A stretch of 64,000 bases of DNA, taken from Felis catus (lineage: Eukaryota). Below are positions 13,677 to 28,117 of the stretch, in pieces. How positions within the stretch are numbered: the first letter of the stretch is position 1; each line of letters starts with the position of its first letter. Location: positions 10,106,001-10,170,000 of the forward strand of contig NC_058368.1 in NCBI RefSeq assembly GCF_018350175.1. The letters run 5' to 3'. A program made the position numbers and the translations under genes. The notes beneath the pieces were generated by a model. That model was given only the letters and a program-made list of their open reading frames with translations. It searched no databases and was not told where the DNA came from.

Positions 13677-16286
13677 GTAAGCTTTGGCCCATTTTACTAA
13701 AGACAAACAGCATGATTTACTTTTAAACAGACCATTACAGCACAATTCTAAAGATCACAGACTCATCTGGATCAATGATAGCTAGCGTGCATTATTTATT
13801 ATCTGCATGGCATACCCAAGTCAACATTATTGCCACTGTCGTGTTGGACAGCGGCCTTGGCCAGTGTGGTACAGTGCTCTATGTCAGACTTCCTCGAGTT
13901 GCTGGCGAGGATGACCAGTCTGACTTTGCTTTGTCAGCCATCTTCACAGTAGGCTTGTACCCCAGCACATACTTCCTCCTTTTCATGACCAGTTAAGACC
14001 TAGAGTTGATGGAATCCAACAACTTTTTCATCTTTCCTGTGGCCACCATATTCCTCCCTCAGATGCGGGATGGCCCCCAACCAAGAAGAGCCCCCCAAAT
14101 GGCCAGGGAACGAAAAAGCCAAGCGACGGTCATGAATCATTTCAGACTATTGGGTTTTCGAGAATTTATGTTGACCACCTCCCCAGATGTGTATATATAC
14201 AGTAACATTGCTGACCATCCAGGTAATTTATGAGCTACTTGGATCCAAGTTAAGGATCCTTGCTCTATCAATGAATTCAGTTATTTTTGTCATTCAACAA
14301 CTATTTTTGGTGTGGGTCGGCTTACAGCGTAAGCAGGATTTCCTCGTTGAGGCCTCGGAAACGTGTGCTGTGTCTTTTACGAAAACGCTTAGGGCTACTG
14401 ACCCTGACGTTCATATGAGTCACTCATTCAGACAAGAGGATGATTTGGTGGCCCAACTTACTGGGGTGTGTTTTTTGATACTTGAACGTTTTTCCAAATC
14501 TATGCCTACTAAATAAGCCGAAGGGAACTCGGGGTGAAGGGGAGGTTGAGGGATGGCCACCAGGGCTGCAGAACTCCTGAGAGCCTTCTTTAAAAATTTG
14601 TCCTAATTTTGGGAGATTCATGGCAAGCTCTTTCCTGTTATTTTTTTCTTTCAAGCTCAGAATTTGCAGCCGTATTATACACACAACCTGCTCAGGATTC
14701 CAGGTGAAAGTAACCATTAACTCGCACGCACACACACACACACACACACGCACACACGTTTTTCCTGTAATTAGATGCAGCCCCTTAGTGAGATGTAGTG
14801 GCGTGCAAATAGGAGCTCCAGCCTCCTTTTCGGAGATTCCCTAGCATCAAAGAGGCTATTCGGGTGATAAAAATAAGTATGACAATAATTACGGGCGGCT
14901 GCTCATGTTTACTTGAGTACCAGGGATGGTACAAAGTATTTTACAGCCGTTACCTCGCAAGAGACTTCAAAGTCGGCTCCGTTGGTATTTCCCTTTTTTT
15001 ACAGATGAGGAAATTAGGACGCAGAGATTAAATAACCTGCCTAAGTAAGGTGCTGGTGAGTCGTGGCACGGGGGCTTCTGTGCAGCATTGTCTAACTGTC
15101 AGCCTCCGCTCTCAGCCAGCTGCCTGGAAGCCAGAAGAATTCTGGCTTGCTGTACACGTCAGCAGCTTTCCCAGAGGTCTCCCGAATCCACAAGGAAGTA
15201 ACTGGACTTCTATCAGACAGGACGCACTGTAGATAATCAGCCTAGAAGAGAAGGTAAATCCAGCGGCCTTGAGGAAGCCACTAAAACAGAGACGCATATG
15301 AGACCATGTGCGCCCATATGAGACCAGCTGTTAGATGGTGACAGTCACACCCACCTCGAGGTCAGCAACCGGGGGTGGGGGGTGGGGGCAGAGGGTGCAG
15401 GGGGCAGCGGGGAGACAGGTGGGTGAGGTGAGGGTGGAGTCAGGGCTGGAGCCTAGGTAGATTTTCAGGGGCAAGTCTCCCCTCCACCTGCCGTGGGAAG
15501 CGTTGGGCTGTGTCTGCTGGCCCCAGGCCCACCTCCCTGGGGGAACCCCGACGGGAGGCGGAGGTGTAGACGCGATTGCAGCATTGCGGCCCCTGTCAGT
15601 CAGTGTGGGTCCTCAGCCTTGGCCCCCGTGTCTGAGTCTCGGATATGGTGACATCGGATATGGTGACATATTGACCACTTGACAAATGCTTGCAGCCCCG
15701 TAAGCCAAGTGCCTCACACGCAGTATTTAATCTGTTAGCCGCCTCATGGGGGTCCTTTTGGTTAGCCAGGGTTTACAGGTGAGGAAATTAATCTCAGCAA
15801 AGCTAAAATAACCTTGCTGAGGTCGCCGAGACAGAAATCAACCCCAGATCTGATGATTCAAAAGCTTCGTGCCATTGCTGCCTTCTTTCCTCAGGAGCCT
15901 TGCTGTGGGCTTCCGGCCACACTCCGGGCTGCTTCCTGCTCTCAGCTCACCTGGTCCTTGCCAGACGCCCGCCTGCAGGCCTGAGCACAGCCACCCCACA
16001 GTCCCCAAGGCTTGGCTAACCCGTGATTCCTGCTGGGGACACCTCCCTGCCGCTCTGGCCCACCCAGTGGTGGCACGTCTGGTCCCTCTCGTCTGTCTCA
16101 GCTCAGTCCACGGTTCTAACTCCAGACCCCTCCTGCTTTGCTCTTTCTTATTTAAATAGCTAGAGCATAAGCCAGTGGAGGTTGGACACACGAAGGCAGA
16201 GAGCTATGCATTTCTCCGGCATTTGCGTGTTTGAGTCATCACATTCGTTTGTGAGCCTCTCGATGGCAGGGACCGTGTCTTCGATC

Positions 16287-16435
16287 CGGTGCTTCTCAAA
16301 CTGTAATAAACCTACAGGCCTCCTGGGGATCTTATTAAAACACGGTTGTTTAGGTTGAACAAAACTGGGGAGGAGCCCAGGACTCTGCAGTTTTACTAGC
16401 TCGTAGGTGACGCCGGTGCTGATGGTCCAGCGGTC
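16287..16435. mobile_element. MER5-like hAT element
   Basis: gtgcttctcaaact...cctggggatcttattaaaa...gcccaggactctgc...ggtgacgccggtgctgatggtcc. Confidence 0.6.
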
Positions 16436-19400
16436 ATGGCTTTACCTGTCTATCGTTTGATATCGAAGTGGTGCATTTTCTTATGCCTTCCTAGTAGACT
16501 AGATGCTTCTTGCGAGCCAGACTATTTCCTTTTGCTTCCTTGTGCCCCCGCCGCGCAGTGCATGTGCTCAGTACGTATTTGTTGCACGAATAAATGGACG
16601 TACGAATGCGTCATTCTCTGTGCCATGACAGCGCTTCGCGTGAGCTGAGCATCAGGAATGAATGAATGAATGAATGAATGAGTAGATGAACATGTGCATC
16701 CTTGATTCGAATCGGCAGACAGCGGAGTGATAAATCTGAAGCCATTGCTTAATTTCCCTAGAGTTGGGGCAGAAGGAGGGGAGGAAGTGAAAGAGAAGCT
16801 GTCTGACAGCTTAGGCTGAGGCCTCACATAAAACTGTCAAGTTAACACTGGAAACACGGCAGGGCCATCCTGCTTGCTCCCAAGGGCAGAACGCTTGAGC
16901 TTAGTGTCGTAGCAAAGGATTATGAAAGCTCTAAGCAACTTCTGGGACTTCTACACGGGGCCTGTTTTCAACATGTGTGCCTCTTTTTCTGTGCTCACTC
17001 TCCATATTGTTTTAAATGAACCCATGCAGGGACACACACACACACACCCCCCCCCCCTCAGATGGAAAAGCCATAGGGTTGAGTTCTTATTCGCCTTTGA
17101 GCACTCATTTGCTGGAGCCAAGGGAAATTTGGGGCAGCTTTTCAGATTGTGCTAGAAATGATGTAACGCCTGAAGGAATCCCCAGAGAAAGGTAGGCAGC
17201 TCAGAGGGGAGTGATCTTTCAGCCACTCCTGGTTTGCTAGGAGCAAAAGTACAGTGTTCTTTCTTGGTCTCACCTTTCTGGCATTGCCTTCATTAAACTT
17301 TAGCTTTAGCTTCCAGACTGAAAAACCGAGGAAAGAAATTGGAGCAAAGAAGGAGAAACTCTTGCTCACTTGTTTCTCAGATGCTTGCGTTGTCCTTTTC
17401 CCCGGTCACTCAGATGAACACAGCCTTGATGGTGTGGCACAAGTTTATAGAACTTCACCCTTTGGCCAGCAGAGTTGGCTCAGATTAAAGATACTGACAG
17501 TGTTTGTTGAGCATCTATTATGGGCCCAAGTGCATACACCTGTGTGACTTGCACTGCATTGAATCCTCGCCCAGAAAGAAATACTGTTATATCCCTTTTA
17601 TAGACGAGGGCACAGGTTCAGATGGGTTGAGTAACTCACCCAAGGTCACAGTGAGATGTGGCTCTGCAGTGGAGTTCACACTGCCTGTCAATTAGGGCAT
17701 GACTTCGATCTTCTCATTTTGAATCACTGTGCATTCGAAAGGCCGTCACATTGGTCTGCCTTTCAATCTTTGGATTGAAGCCAGGCATAGAAAGTTTCAG
17801 CCTAGAAGCATTTTGGGGCCAGGGTAAAAGCCATGAAGAAATAAGAGTTTAAAGAGAGCTATCTTAAACCATTTGCTTTTCATCCTTAATAATTTCAGCT
17901 AATACAACAAGCATCCAGTACACAAGAAGCAACATTTGCATTAGTAATTCAGAAATATGCACGATTAAAGATGAAATCACTATTCCCTAATGTAGTCTGG
18001 TAAGGCTCATCTTAAAATAAAGCCAGTGATTGAATGCCAGATACTTAAATACCTGTGAGACTTCACAGCCAGGTCCTCAATCTTTTTGTATTTTAGTGGC
18101 TTACATATCCAAATTTTGTAACAGTGAATTCCAAAGGAGTGCTCGCATTTATTAATTTATCTGGAATTTCAAGGTGTTTAACAATTGTACCGTACCTGGG
18201 AGGCTGGGAATGATGAATTAAGGAGGTATTTCTTATTTGTGACCTGGTTTAAATAGAGAGTTCATTAAGCAGGGATCTGGCAACAATCTCTTGTCTGTAA
18301 ATTCTGTTACAGAGCTCTCATATAAATAGCAGCATTTTCACACATCTGTGGCATAGTGATAACTGACATGCTCTCTGGTGATGTTTACAGCCCCGTTAAG
18401 ATCCTAAAAGTGCCTCTAAATCATCAAAGGAAAATTAAATTATGTTGAGCATAGTTTTATTATTCAGGGCATCTTATGAAATTCAGACTCCAGAAAGGAT
18501 GACACATGTATAGGTTATGCATTAAACTCAGTGAGCGTGCGACTCTCCGGAAGCCCCCACCACTCCCTGCCCGGTCCCCCTTCTCTGATCGTGACAGACA
18601 ACAGCTCTTTGAGCCCCCTCGCATTCCAAAAAAACCTTCCAGAGAATTCGGGGGAGAACTGATTATGTTCCCAACCAGTGATCATTTCTAAGTTGAGATT
18701 TGCATCTTTTTCCTATACGCTGCGGATTCATCGGAATAAAACCGAGGGTCCCTTCGACTGGATGTTGATGGGCCTCGCACAGAGGCGAGTGTTGCACTGT
18801 TAACGTGCAACAGCAGAACAGTAATTGGGACGGCAGATTTTCCAGACGTGTTGTACACAAATGCTGTGCTCACGCCCTAGAGAACGACACTCCGACCACG
18901 GATATTGAGAGAGCAGAGGAGTCACCTTGAGAAAAAGATGAAATGCTTCAGTGACTGTAAATTAGCTCCATGGCAAACAAGGCAGGAGAATATGAAAATC
19001 TGCCTTGGATGGGTCACAAGTGACATCCGACTCTGCCCCAGCTTCACGCATCTGCCTTGTTGATGTTTACTCCAATTGTCCTTTCCTTTCCATGACGCCA
19101 GATAAGAGTTTTCTTCCTTTCTTCTTCCCTCTGCGCCTCTCCCCCCCCCCCCCCCCTACGACTATAGACCTTACACAGCCTGTCCCAGGCCACTCTTGTG
19201 TGGTCGTCCTGGGTCCTGGACAGTTAAGAGATGATGGCAGAGGGGCTGGGAGGGCACCCGAGTACTGCCACCCTCTATCCCAGCCCCACCTCGCAGGCCC
19301 TGAGCCCCTCAGGTGTGATAAGGCACGTGCGATGCCTGCCTGGTGCCCAGCACCCAGTAGGCGCCCAGTGAATGCTGTTGAATGAATGAATGAGAGCAAA

Positions 19401-21126
19401 TGAACTCGGCAAATTACGGTTCCCTTTCTCCCTTCTCTTCTGCTTCCTTTCTTCAGTGCCTTTTGGCAGTTGGCCAATTGGGACAAAAAGGAACAGGAAC
19501 ATTCTCTCCTTGCTGATTATGGGACACAAGGGCCACTCCCCCTCAGTCCCCCGCCTCCCCTTCCCCCATTCTCACTGGGCACTGTGCTGCTCAGGTGAGG
19601 ATAAGGGCAGGAGAGGGATGACAGAAGAACCATACAAAATCCCTGGGCTGCATTATCTTCCGCAGTCTGTTCCCTTGTTATTCCCCCTGGCCCCCCACCC
19701 CTTCTCCCCTACTCCTGCCCTCCCCACCCCACCCCTGAATGTCAACACCTGTCCCCGCTTCCCTTCCCCGGAATACACCAGCCCTGTTGCCCCTTCCCCA
19801 CCCCTGGACAAGCCCCCTGACCACCCGGTGTCCCTGGAGTGGGAAGCAGAGACTACATTAAAAGCCTGATGAAATACAAGGCAGGAAGCATTTTAGAGAC
19901 TCCATCAGGGGTCAGGTTTTAAAAGCTCTCGAAATCAGGTCTGACAATCCCCAGAAAAGAGAGAATGATACAGATTTCTAAGAAACCAAGCTGGGAGACA
20001 GACAAGCCAAAGCTGTGTTTTTCTGCCTTGGGGGTAGATATTCTCCCACGTGTTCCCAACCCATGCCCAGGTCTGGGTCTCGTGCGCTGGCCCCCCTAAG
20101 CGGGTTATGGGAAGTGGGGTGGGGCGGGAGGCTAATAGGGCTGGGTGGTCACAGCTCCCTGCAGTGGGGCTCTCTCCAAGGCTGTGATTTTCACATCAGG
20201 CACTGGACGGACAACAAGCCAGAAAGAACACTCCAGCTGTCTCTGCCAGCGACTAGATGTAGGAAGCAAACACATCACAGCATAGCAAAATCGGCCTGTG
20301 CTGTCAGGCAGGGCGGCCATTCATTCCATGCACATGCACACAGCTGGGCCGGTCAATGGGGAACCAGTTCTGTGTTGAAGAGGGACGGTGGCAGACACAT
20401 CCTCCAGCCTGTTGGATGCCATTCAGCCTGCCTGTGCCCATGTGGCGTCTGAGCTGAGGTATGGATAGAAAATTAGCCATCGTCTTGAGGGAAGCCAATT
20501 TGCACTTCGATCCGTCTTTCGATCAACAATACAGGTAGAAACATAGAAACTACCTGGAAAATCTGTAGGATAGGGGGAGAAAGCTGACATCCTGGATGAC
20601 AGAGTCAACGTGTGAAGAAGAACTTCCCAGGCTGGGGTAATGAATGAAAATCAAAGAGGCTAGTCTGAATAGGGTCATGGGCAAAAGTCCAACATTAGTG
20701 GTATTTTTTTGTTTTTCTTCACTGCACAAAGCTCAGGATCGGGGACACATGAATTAGTTCATATGACTCTTGGTTGATTGCATAATCTATAGGGGGGCTG
20801 GGATCTAGGGATCAGAGAAGGCAAGACAGGGGGAGGAGAAGAGGGAAATTTCAGACCCACCCAACTTATCCCACTAATTGGGTGTAATTCATTCTCAATC
20901 CGGAGAGACAGAGCACTTCTAGCTTCCAGTGAACTCTTAAGGGCCCAAAAGATAGACGGTGTTGGCCATCACATAGCGAAGGCTGCCTCTGAGAGCCCAG
21001 GATTGGTGCCAGGCCACGCCAAAGACCAGGGCCACCTTCAGGTTGTGTCCTTATGTCTCAGCTGACTAGGGAGGGGATTTATTTATATCGTACAAAAGAT
21101 GACTGCCTCCAGAGGGCACACGTTAG

Positions 21127-21435
<309 letters not shown>

Positions 21436-22406
21436 TAGACAAGGTAGATGTCAGCTTGTGACAACGCTGGGGGCAAGGAGCCTGGTGCGTTAGACCATCT
21501 GAAGCACAGCACCAGCCTGCAGAACCTCTACATGATCCTAGGGCAGAAGCCATCTGTCTCTGGGCTTTTGTCTTGTACTTCCTGTCTAGGCAGGAAGTGC
21601 TATCAGGTTCTGAGTCTACGAGGGTTGCAAAAATGACTGGAACGCTGCTGATGATATATAATACTGTCTGCCACATTCCAGACACTCACGTGCGTGAGGC
21701 ATAGGCTCATGTCCTTGATGGTCGCAACAGCCCCATACGACTTTCATGCAAACGGGAACCTTTTCGAGCATGAAAGTAGGTCCTGTTAATAATTATGCTG
21801 GGACTAAGGTCTAACCCAGGGGGACTAGGATGTATAGTCATCCTACCTATGAGGTGCTTATACCCACTTAACAGATAAGAAAACTAAGATAAAGAGCTGT
21901 TGTAGAGGCTTTTATGTTTCATGCTGTGGCCTTCAAATCTCGACTGGAGGGATATCTCTTTACCGTTTCTTCCAAGCAATCAGATTTACTGATAACCACT
22001 CCATTAACTTCCCGTTCCGATAGGAAAATATCTCCGTCTTCCCTGCTTCCTGCACAGTGTTCTGCGGGGAAAGCCACGGGCATAATGCTCGGTGATAGAG
22101 GCAGAATTTCTTAATCCTACTTCTCAATAGCGTTCTTGAAAGGAGCCCAAAGTAATAAGAAGCGATCTGCAAATTCCAAATAGACTCTCTCAAACATTGA
22201 TTCTCATTCGGATTCGTGGAGCTGCTGCTCTGTTCTATTTCCTTCAGAATCATTCAGATTCTCCACTCGCTTGACAATCCAGCCACAATGCTCTCTCGGC
22301 AGGAGGGGCTGGGAACAGAACACAAGGTAGCAAGTAGCGCTTGTTAGAGCATCTGAGCCCCTGATGTTATTTGGCTTGATGATGACCAGAAAGCCGGAGA
22401 GTTCTC

Positions 22407-22465
22407 CGGGAATGTAATTCACAGACGGGAATGTAATTCACAGACGGGAATGTAATTCACAGACG
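22407..22465. repeat. Perfect 19-bp x3 tandem repeat
   Basis: CGGGAATGTAATTCACAGA at 22407, 22426 and 22445, no mismatches. Confidence 0.98.
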
Positions 22466-22769
22466 TATCAAGTACACCTCCTGCGTCGATCTCTCAGGAG
22501 GAGTCTTAAGAAAGAATAAGAGCGCTCTCCATTTTTACATTTTAATGGAAGTAGCAGGGAGTGGTGCAGGAAATGTTTGTGGATTTGCGGGTGGCCTGTA
22601 AAAGGTATACGGTTGTGTGACAACTATCCTGGAAGGAGGTACAGAAACCCAGTGCTGTGCGATTGTAAGGAAAGCCATGAAAAAAAGAGCTGCTGTGATA
22701 CAGAAGCTTGAGATGGTCAAGTTTAAATTATGAAAGTTATAAGCAAGGTAACACGTCTAACCTTGGTGC

Positions 22770-22950
22770 TAAGCTGCACTTTTGTGCAAACTAGAAAAAG
22801 CCACCAGTAACTCAACATCATTTACTAATCCTTTCCAGAAGTTTGTCATAATAACTGTACAAATAGACAATGTCTATGAATGTGAATGGCACCCTCTAGA
22901 GTGGTGCAGTGCGCAACCTGCCCAGCCAGCACGACTGTGGAGTGCGGTAG
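22770..22950. mobile_element. MER91-like hAT-Tip100 relic
   Basis: ttgtgcaaactagaaaaagcc and tgtgaatggcaccctctagagtggtgcagtgcgcaacctgc resemble MER91 termini. Confidence 0.45.
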
Positions 22951-23953
22951 CCCTTAGCATCTAACGAACCTAAAGATCTTAGTTTGGTTTGTGTGAAAGT
23001 TAGTTCAAGGTCTCAAATAGCTTGCTTGCTTTCTTTATCTCTTGTCTCAAAGAGGATATAAGGTCATTTATATTTTTAAAGTGCCCCCCAAGATGGCAAT
23101 TTGGGAGAAAGGAAACAGGGGTAAAAAAAAAAATAAGATGAACAAAGTTAGTGCAAAAGTTAGCTCAAATGATATTCCTGAGGGATGTAAGACTAATTAT
23201 CGAGGGACCGTAGGTTTGACTCCCAAAGCCAATGCAAAATACTCAGTTCTCAAACCCACATAATGGCTGGTCCGTGGCCTTTAACAGAGAGTGGGAATCC
23301 ATGTAACGTGTCCGTCTAGAAAACAACACTTGACTGTTAAGGCCGAGGAGCTTGATTCTGGGGACTGGAAAATTTACGAGATCATTGGTTCATAATATTT
23401 CAAATTTCCTAATGAAGAAACAACTTTCTCTTTGTTTAGCTTGTGTAGGATTGGGCAGAAGTGGACATAAGGAATTAAAGAAAGAAAGAAAGAAAGAACC
23501 CCAAAACAAACCAGCACCACACCACCAAGGATACACCTGCGGGGGCAGAGACATCGTATTATTTAAACAGTGGGAGGGATTTTCTTCCTAGTGACGTGAG
23601 CTCCCCATGCCGGACGCACACGGTGGGAGTCAGTTCTCATCCGTGATAATCGGGGAAGGGGACTTATTTTTTGTATTTTTTATTTTTTTGAGACAAGAGT
23701 GACAGAGTAGACTTGGAGCTGATTTTTCTAACTGGCTTTTACAGTTGCCCAGAGCTTCCTTTGCATCCCCAAGGTTCTCAGGAATAACTTTTCTAGAAAT
23801 CTGGTTAGGCCTTACAGTGAGGGTCTGAGGGAGCTGCAGAGGAGGCTATAAATGAACAAAGTCTCCAAATAAGGTGGGAGTCACTGCTTTATCAAATGCT
23901 GAGAAGTATGTTGATGTCGCACGTGCGCACCTCCGTCTGAATCGTGCCTCTAA

Positions 23954-24145
<192 letters not shown>

Positions 24146-24480
24146 TGAGTCCCTAGAGCTGAGTTATAACCAGACCCATACGTTTTCTGTGGTTTCATTA
24201 TCACTACCAATAAAATGAGCTTGGTTTCGAGCAACCGGTTAGAAACGGGGTAACAATAAAGGTCAATGTGACCAAGCAGTTCAAGGGCTTCAGATGGATA
24301 AGGTGTAAGTGCGAAGGTCTGTTTTAAAAAACAAAAGTCAACCGTTGGAAAATATGTCAGAATGAAAAAGAAAGAAGATAGGTGATATTTTGGATATTTG
24401 GGCAGTCGTTAGTTCAGTAATAGAATTCTATAGTAATATACGGTTCTGTAATATAACATTATAGCCGTGACATTAATTAA

Positions 24481-24837
<357 letters not shown>

Positions 24838-24882
24838 TAATCATGGGAGTGGACAATTAATTGAAAAAAAAAAAAAGGCCTC

Positions 24883-25107
24883 GGGGCTCTTGGGCAGCTC
24901 AGTCGTTAATAGTTGGACTTCGGCTCAGGTCATGATCTCCTGGTTCGTGGGTTCGAGCCCCGCGTTGGGCTCTGTGCTGACAGCTCGGAGCCTGGAGCCT
25001 GCCTTGAATTCTGTGTCTCCCTCTCTGCCCCTTCTCCCTTGTGCATTGTCTCTGTCTCTCTCTCTCTCTCAAAAGATAAATAAACATTTAAAAAAAGGAA
25101 GAAAGAG
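24883..25107 (+). mobile_element. Can-SINE
   Basis: Full length, TSD AAAGGCCTC at 24874-24882 and 25108-25116; starts 95 bp after MEDAG exon 4. Confidence 0.93.
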
Positions 25108-25882
25108 AAAGGCCTCTTGATAAAAGGGAAATATAACATCACGGACTTCAGAAAGTAAGAAGTGAGAAATGTTTACTACCAAGAAAAAAATGCGGTGGCT
25201 CTTAGGCTCCTTAACGTTTTCTGACGTAGCAGTTATAGTGTGCAGCATGCCCAGAATACAATTTTTAAATACATTGTTCATGTAAGTCCATCTTACTGCT
25301 CATTTAAATATTAACAACAATTTAACTGTTATGAAAGCGTGATGCTTTCCTGATGTGCATATTCAAGGCAACAGAATGTTAACAACCAGGAGCAGCTGGG
25401 GGAAGACTAACCATGGGCGATATGTATCTTTAAAAACTTTTGAAAGGGTTTGTAAGACCACGAAAGAATAGCTTTGGAGAAGGCTCCGCCTACCAGATTT
25501 TACTCTAGATCCTAGCATCCAGTGCTTCCCCCTCAGGAGCTGGTGCGACTTTTCAGTCTGCTTGTGGCTCAGGCAGAGGACATCCGTCCAGTCTCGTCTG
25601 GGTTTGTCTTCCGCTGAGCCCATTCTCCTGTCCCACGTGAGTCTGGGCCCGAAGGCAACTTCCTCGAACCAGGACTCTTGCTGCTAATTGCAAGAAGAAA
25701 GAGCCCGAACACAAACACACGAAAAAACACCAATCTCTATGAACCTGCAGGTTAAAAAATACTCAGATATAAAAAAACAAGAGTCTCAATTATGTTTAAC
25801 GAGGGTTGCTTTCTTCTGATGTTTATAGCAAAAAGGCTTACTCCTGAGGATTTCTTGTCTTGGAGATAGCCCCTCCCCTCCC

Positions 25883-26075
25883 GTGTGTGCGTGTGTTTGT
25901 GTGTGTGTGTGCACGCGCGTGTTCTCTCTCTCTCTCTCTCTCACTCTCCTCCTCCTCCTTCCTCTTTCCTTGCTTCCCCCAGCCCTGATCTCTCTCTCCC
26001 TCTTCCTCCTCCCTTTCTCCTCCCCCACCTTTCTCCCTTTCCCTCTCTTTCTCCTCCTAACTCCCTCCCTCCCTC
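25883..26075. repeat. Compound (GT)n/(CT)n and pyrimidine-rich tract
   Basis: GT repeats followed by CT/CCT-rich low-complexity sequence. Confidence 0.9.
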
Positions 26076-26789
26076 TGCATTGCTTTAGCTTTCTCTATCT
26101 GGGTGTTCCTTACAAAATCACTTTGTGCTTCGCTCCATTGCAGCCCTGTGGGGGATCATACACGGATTCTTGGGGGGAAGGATTAACTTGCCCGGTGGTG
26201 GCTGCAGTCCCAGGTGCCTGGTCCCTCCTGTGACATCTCTCCAGCTCCACCCACTGGCCTTGGCGCCCGTGAGTGCGGCTGCCTGGGATGACCATTGCCA
26301 TCCAGGGGACACCAAGGGGCTTGTGAAGTTGTCCAGTGCCTCCTTGCAAGTTGACTAGGAGTCAAGCTGGGGCCACTTCCAGGACAGAGCTGTGGGGAGG
26401 GACTCTTGGAGCCCCGCCTGAGGCCTGAGCCATCATTCTGCACCGCAGGTCGCAGGTCACACAGCCAGAGATGCATCAGCTGCCTGCAACCCCCTGCAGG
26501 CAGGCCAGCCTGGCCTCTGCTGGCTCTGCCCTGGTGCATCAGCCTAGTGCCATCCCCTTCTCGCCTTTGCAAAAACTGACCTTTGTCCTAGGCATCTATT
26601 CGCCAACTGGGGGCCTTTATTCACAAGTGGGAAAACTCTGCACATCTACTCCGGCCCTTGGAAAAGCAAATGATCCATATCCTACTGGTAGACAAACAAC
26701 CATAAAAAGCTGCTTGGGTTTTTGAGTTCTTCTGAGGAAGTCAAGGTTCTCTACTAATTATTGAAATGGTTACATTGTATGTTGTATGA

Positions 26790-26990
<201 letters not shown>

Positions 26991-28032
26991 TTGGATTGAA
27001 CACTTTGTGGTCCCTGCTACCTGCCAGGCCTGTGCCGAGACAGAAGGCTGGGGGGAGGCAAGAGGTGGTGGCAGGCGGGCACTTCCCCCTGCTTGTCCGT
27101 CCCTGTGCCCCCGAGGGAGGCTCCTGTCTTCCGTTTCCCTGGGGATGCCCTGGCCGGCCCGATGCAGCTGACTCCAGGAAGGGCGGGCTTTGGCCCAGTG
27201 GCCCGGAGGGGTATCTTCCCCTTTGAACACTTCTCCAAAGAGGCAGAGGGAGCACCCTGAATGCTTTGCTTAGAACCCCAGCATCCTGGGAGCTCCCCGG
27301 GCAGCCTTTGAGGGGCCGGTCTGACTTGGGCGTTGACTGTGGATCCTGCATAAATCAGCGGTCCTCTGCTCGGGATCTCCTCCTCGTCTGAACCCAACCC
27401 CAGCAAGTGGATGGTTAGCAGGGCTATTTTCTTGCAAACGTGGCTGGACAAAAAGCCTGGGACACCTTTCACTGGAAGACAAGTATGTTTCCCATCCTTA
27501 GGAGAAACATTCTGGGGAGGGGTCCCTGGAGGATTGGCCAGGTCGAGAGGACGGTAACCTGCCACCCGCTGCCTGAAACTTGAGCTCCCTTGGCCTCTCT
27601 CTCTCATCAAAATGACCTGTGTAGAAAGAGGCCGGATAACGCGGAACCAAATAGTGACGGGGGAAGGATAACGTACTTGGCAGTGTCCTCTGGTGAAAGC
27701 GGGTTATGTCAGTTGGGTGTTTTAAATAAGCTTTTAGCAATCCTAACACTAAAAGCAAAAAAGAAGGAAGCTATAACATTACCATAATACATTGTTACAT
27801 CAGTACATTTTTCATCTCCTAGCTACAATGGAGTTCTTCAAAAAGAAAAAAATTCCTATTTACATATAAAACCTGCATTGAAGGAATCGCTACATATGCT
27901 TATAAAGAGGAAGACTTATGGGTCCTTAGTATAATTTTTCTATTCTTTTTAAACAACTTCCTGTATTATACATTTTGATAGCGCTCCTGATTGTCCCTTC
28001 ATTTATATTTGATATGTTGGGTACTCTGTGCA

Positions 28033-28079
28033 ATTAAAACTTTTCTTAGCATTCAACATGGAATTGATTAAATTTGTGA

Positions 28080-28116
<37 letters not shown>
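28033..28116 (+). terminator. Candidate MEDAG polyadenylation region
   Basis: ATTAAA at 28033-28038 and 28067-28072, followed by a (GT)n tract at 28083-28116 that could act as a GU-rich downstream element; about 1.05 kb after the stop codon. Confidence 0.4.

Positions 28117-28117
<1 letters not shown>

Noticed and set aside
13302..13745. ORFs with EGRK/LPSF repeats
   Set aside because: Translations of the (CCTT)n tract.
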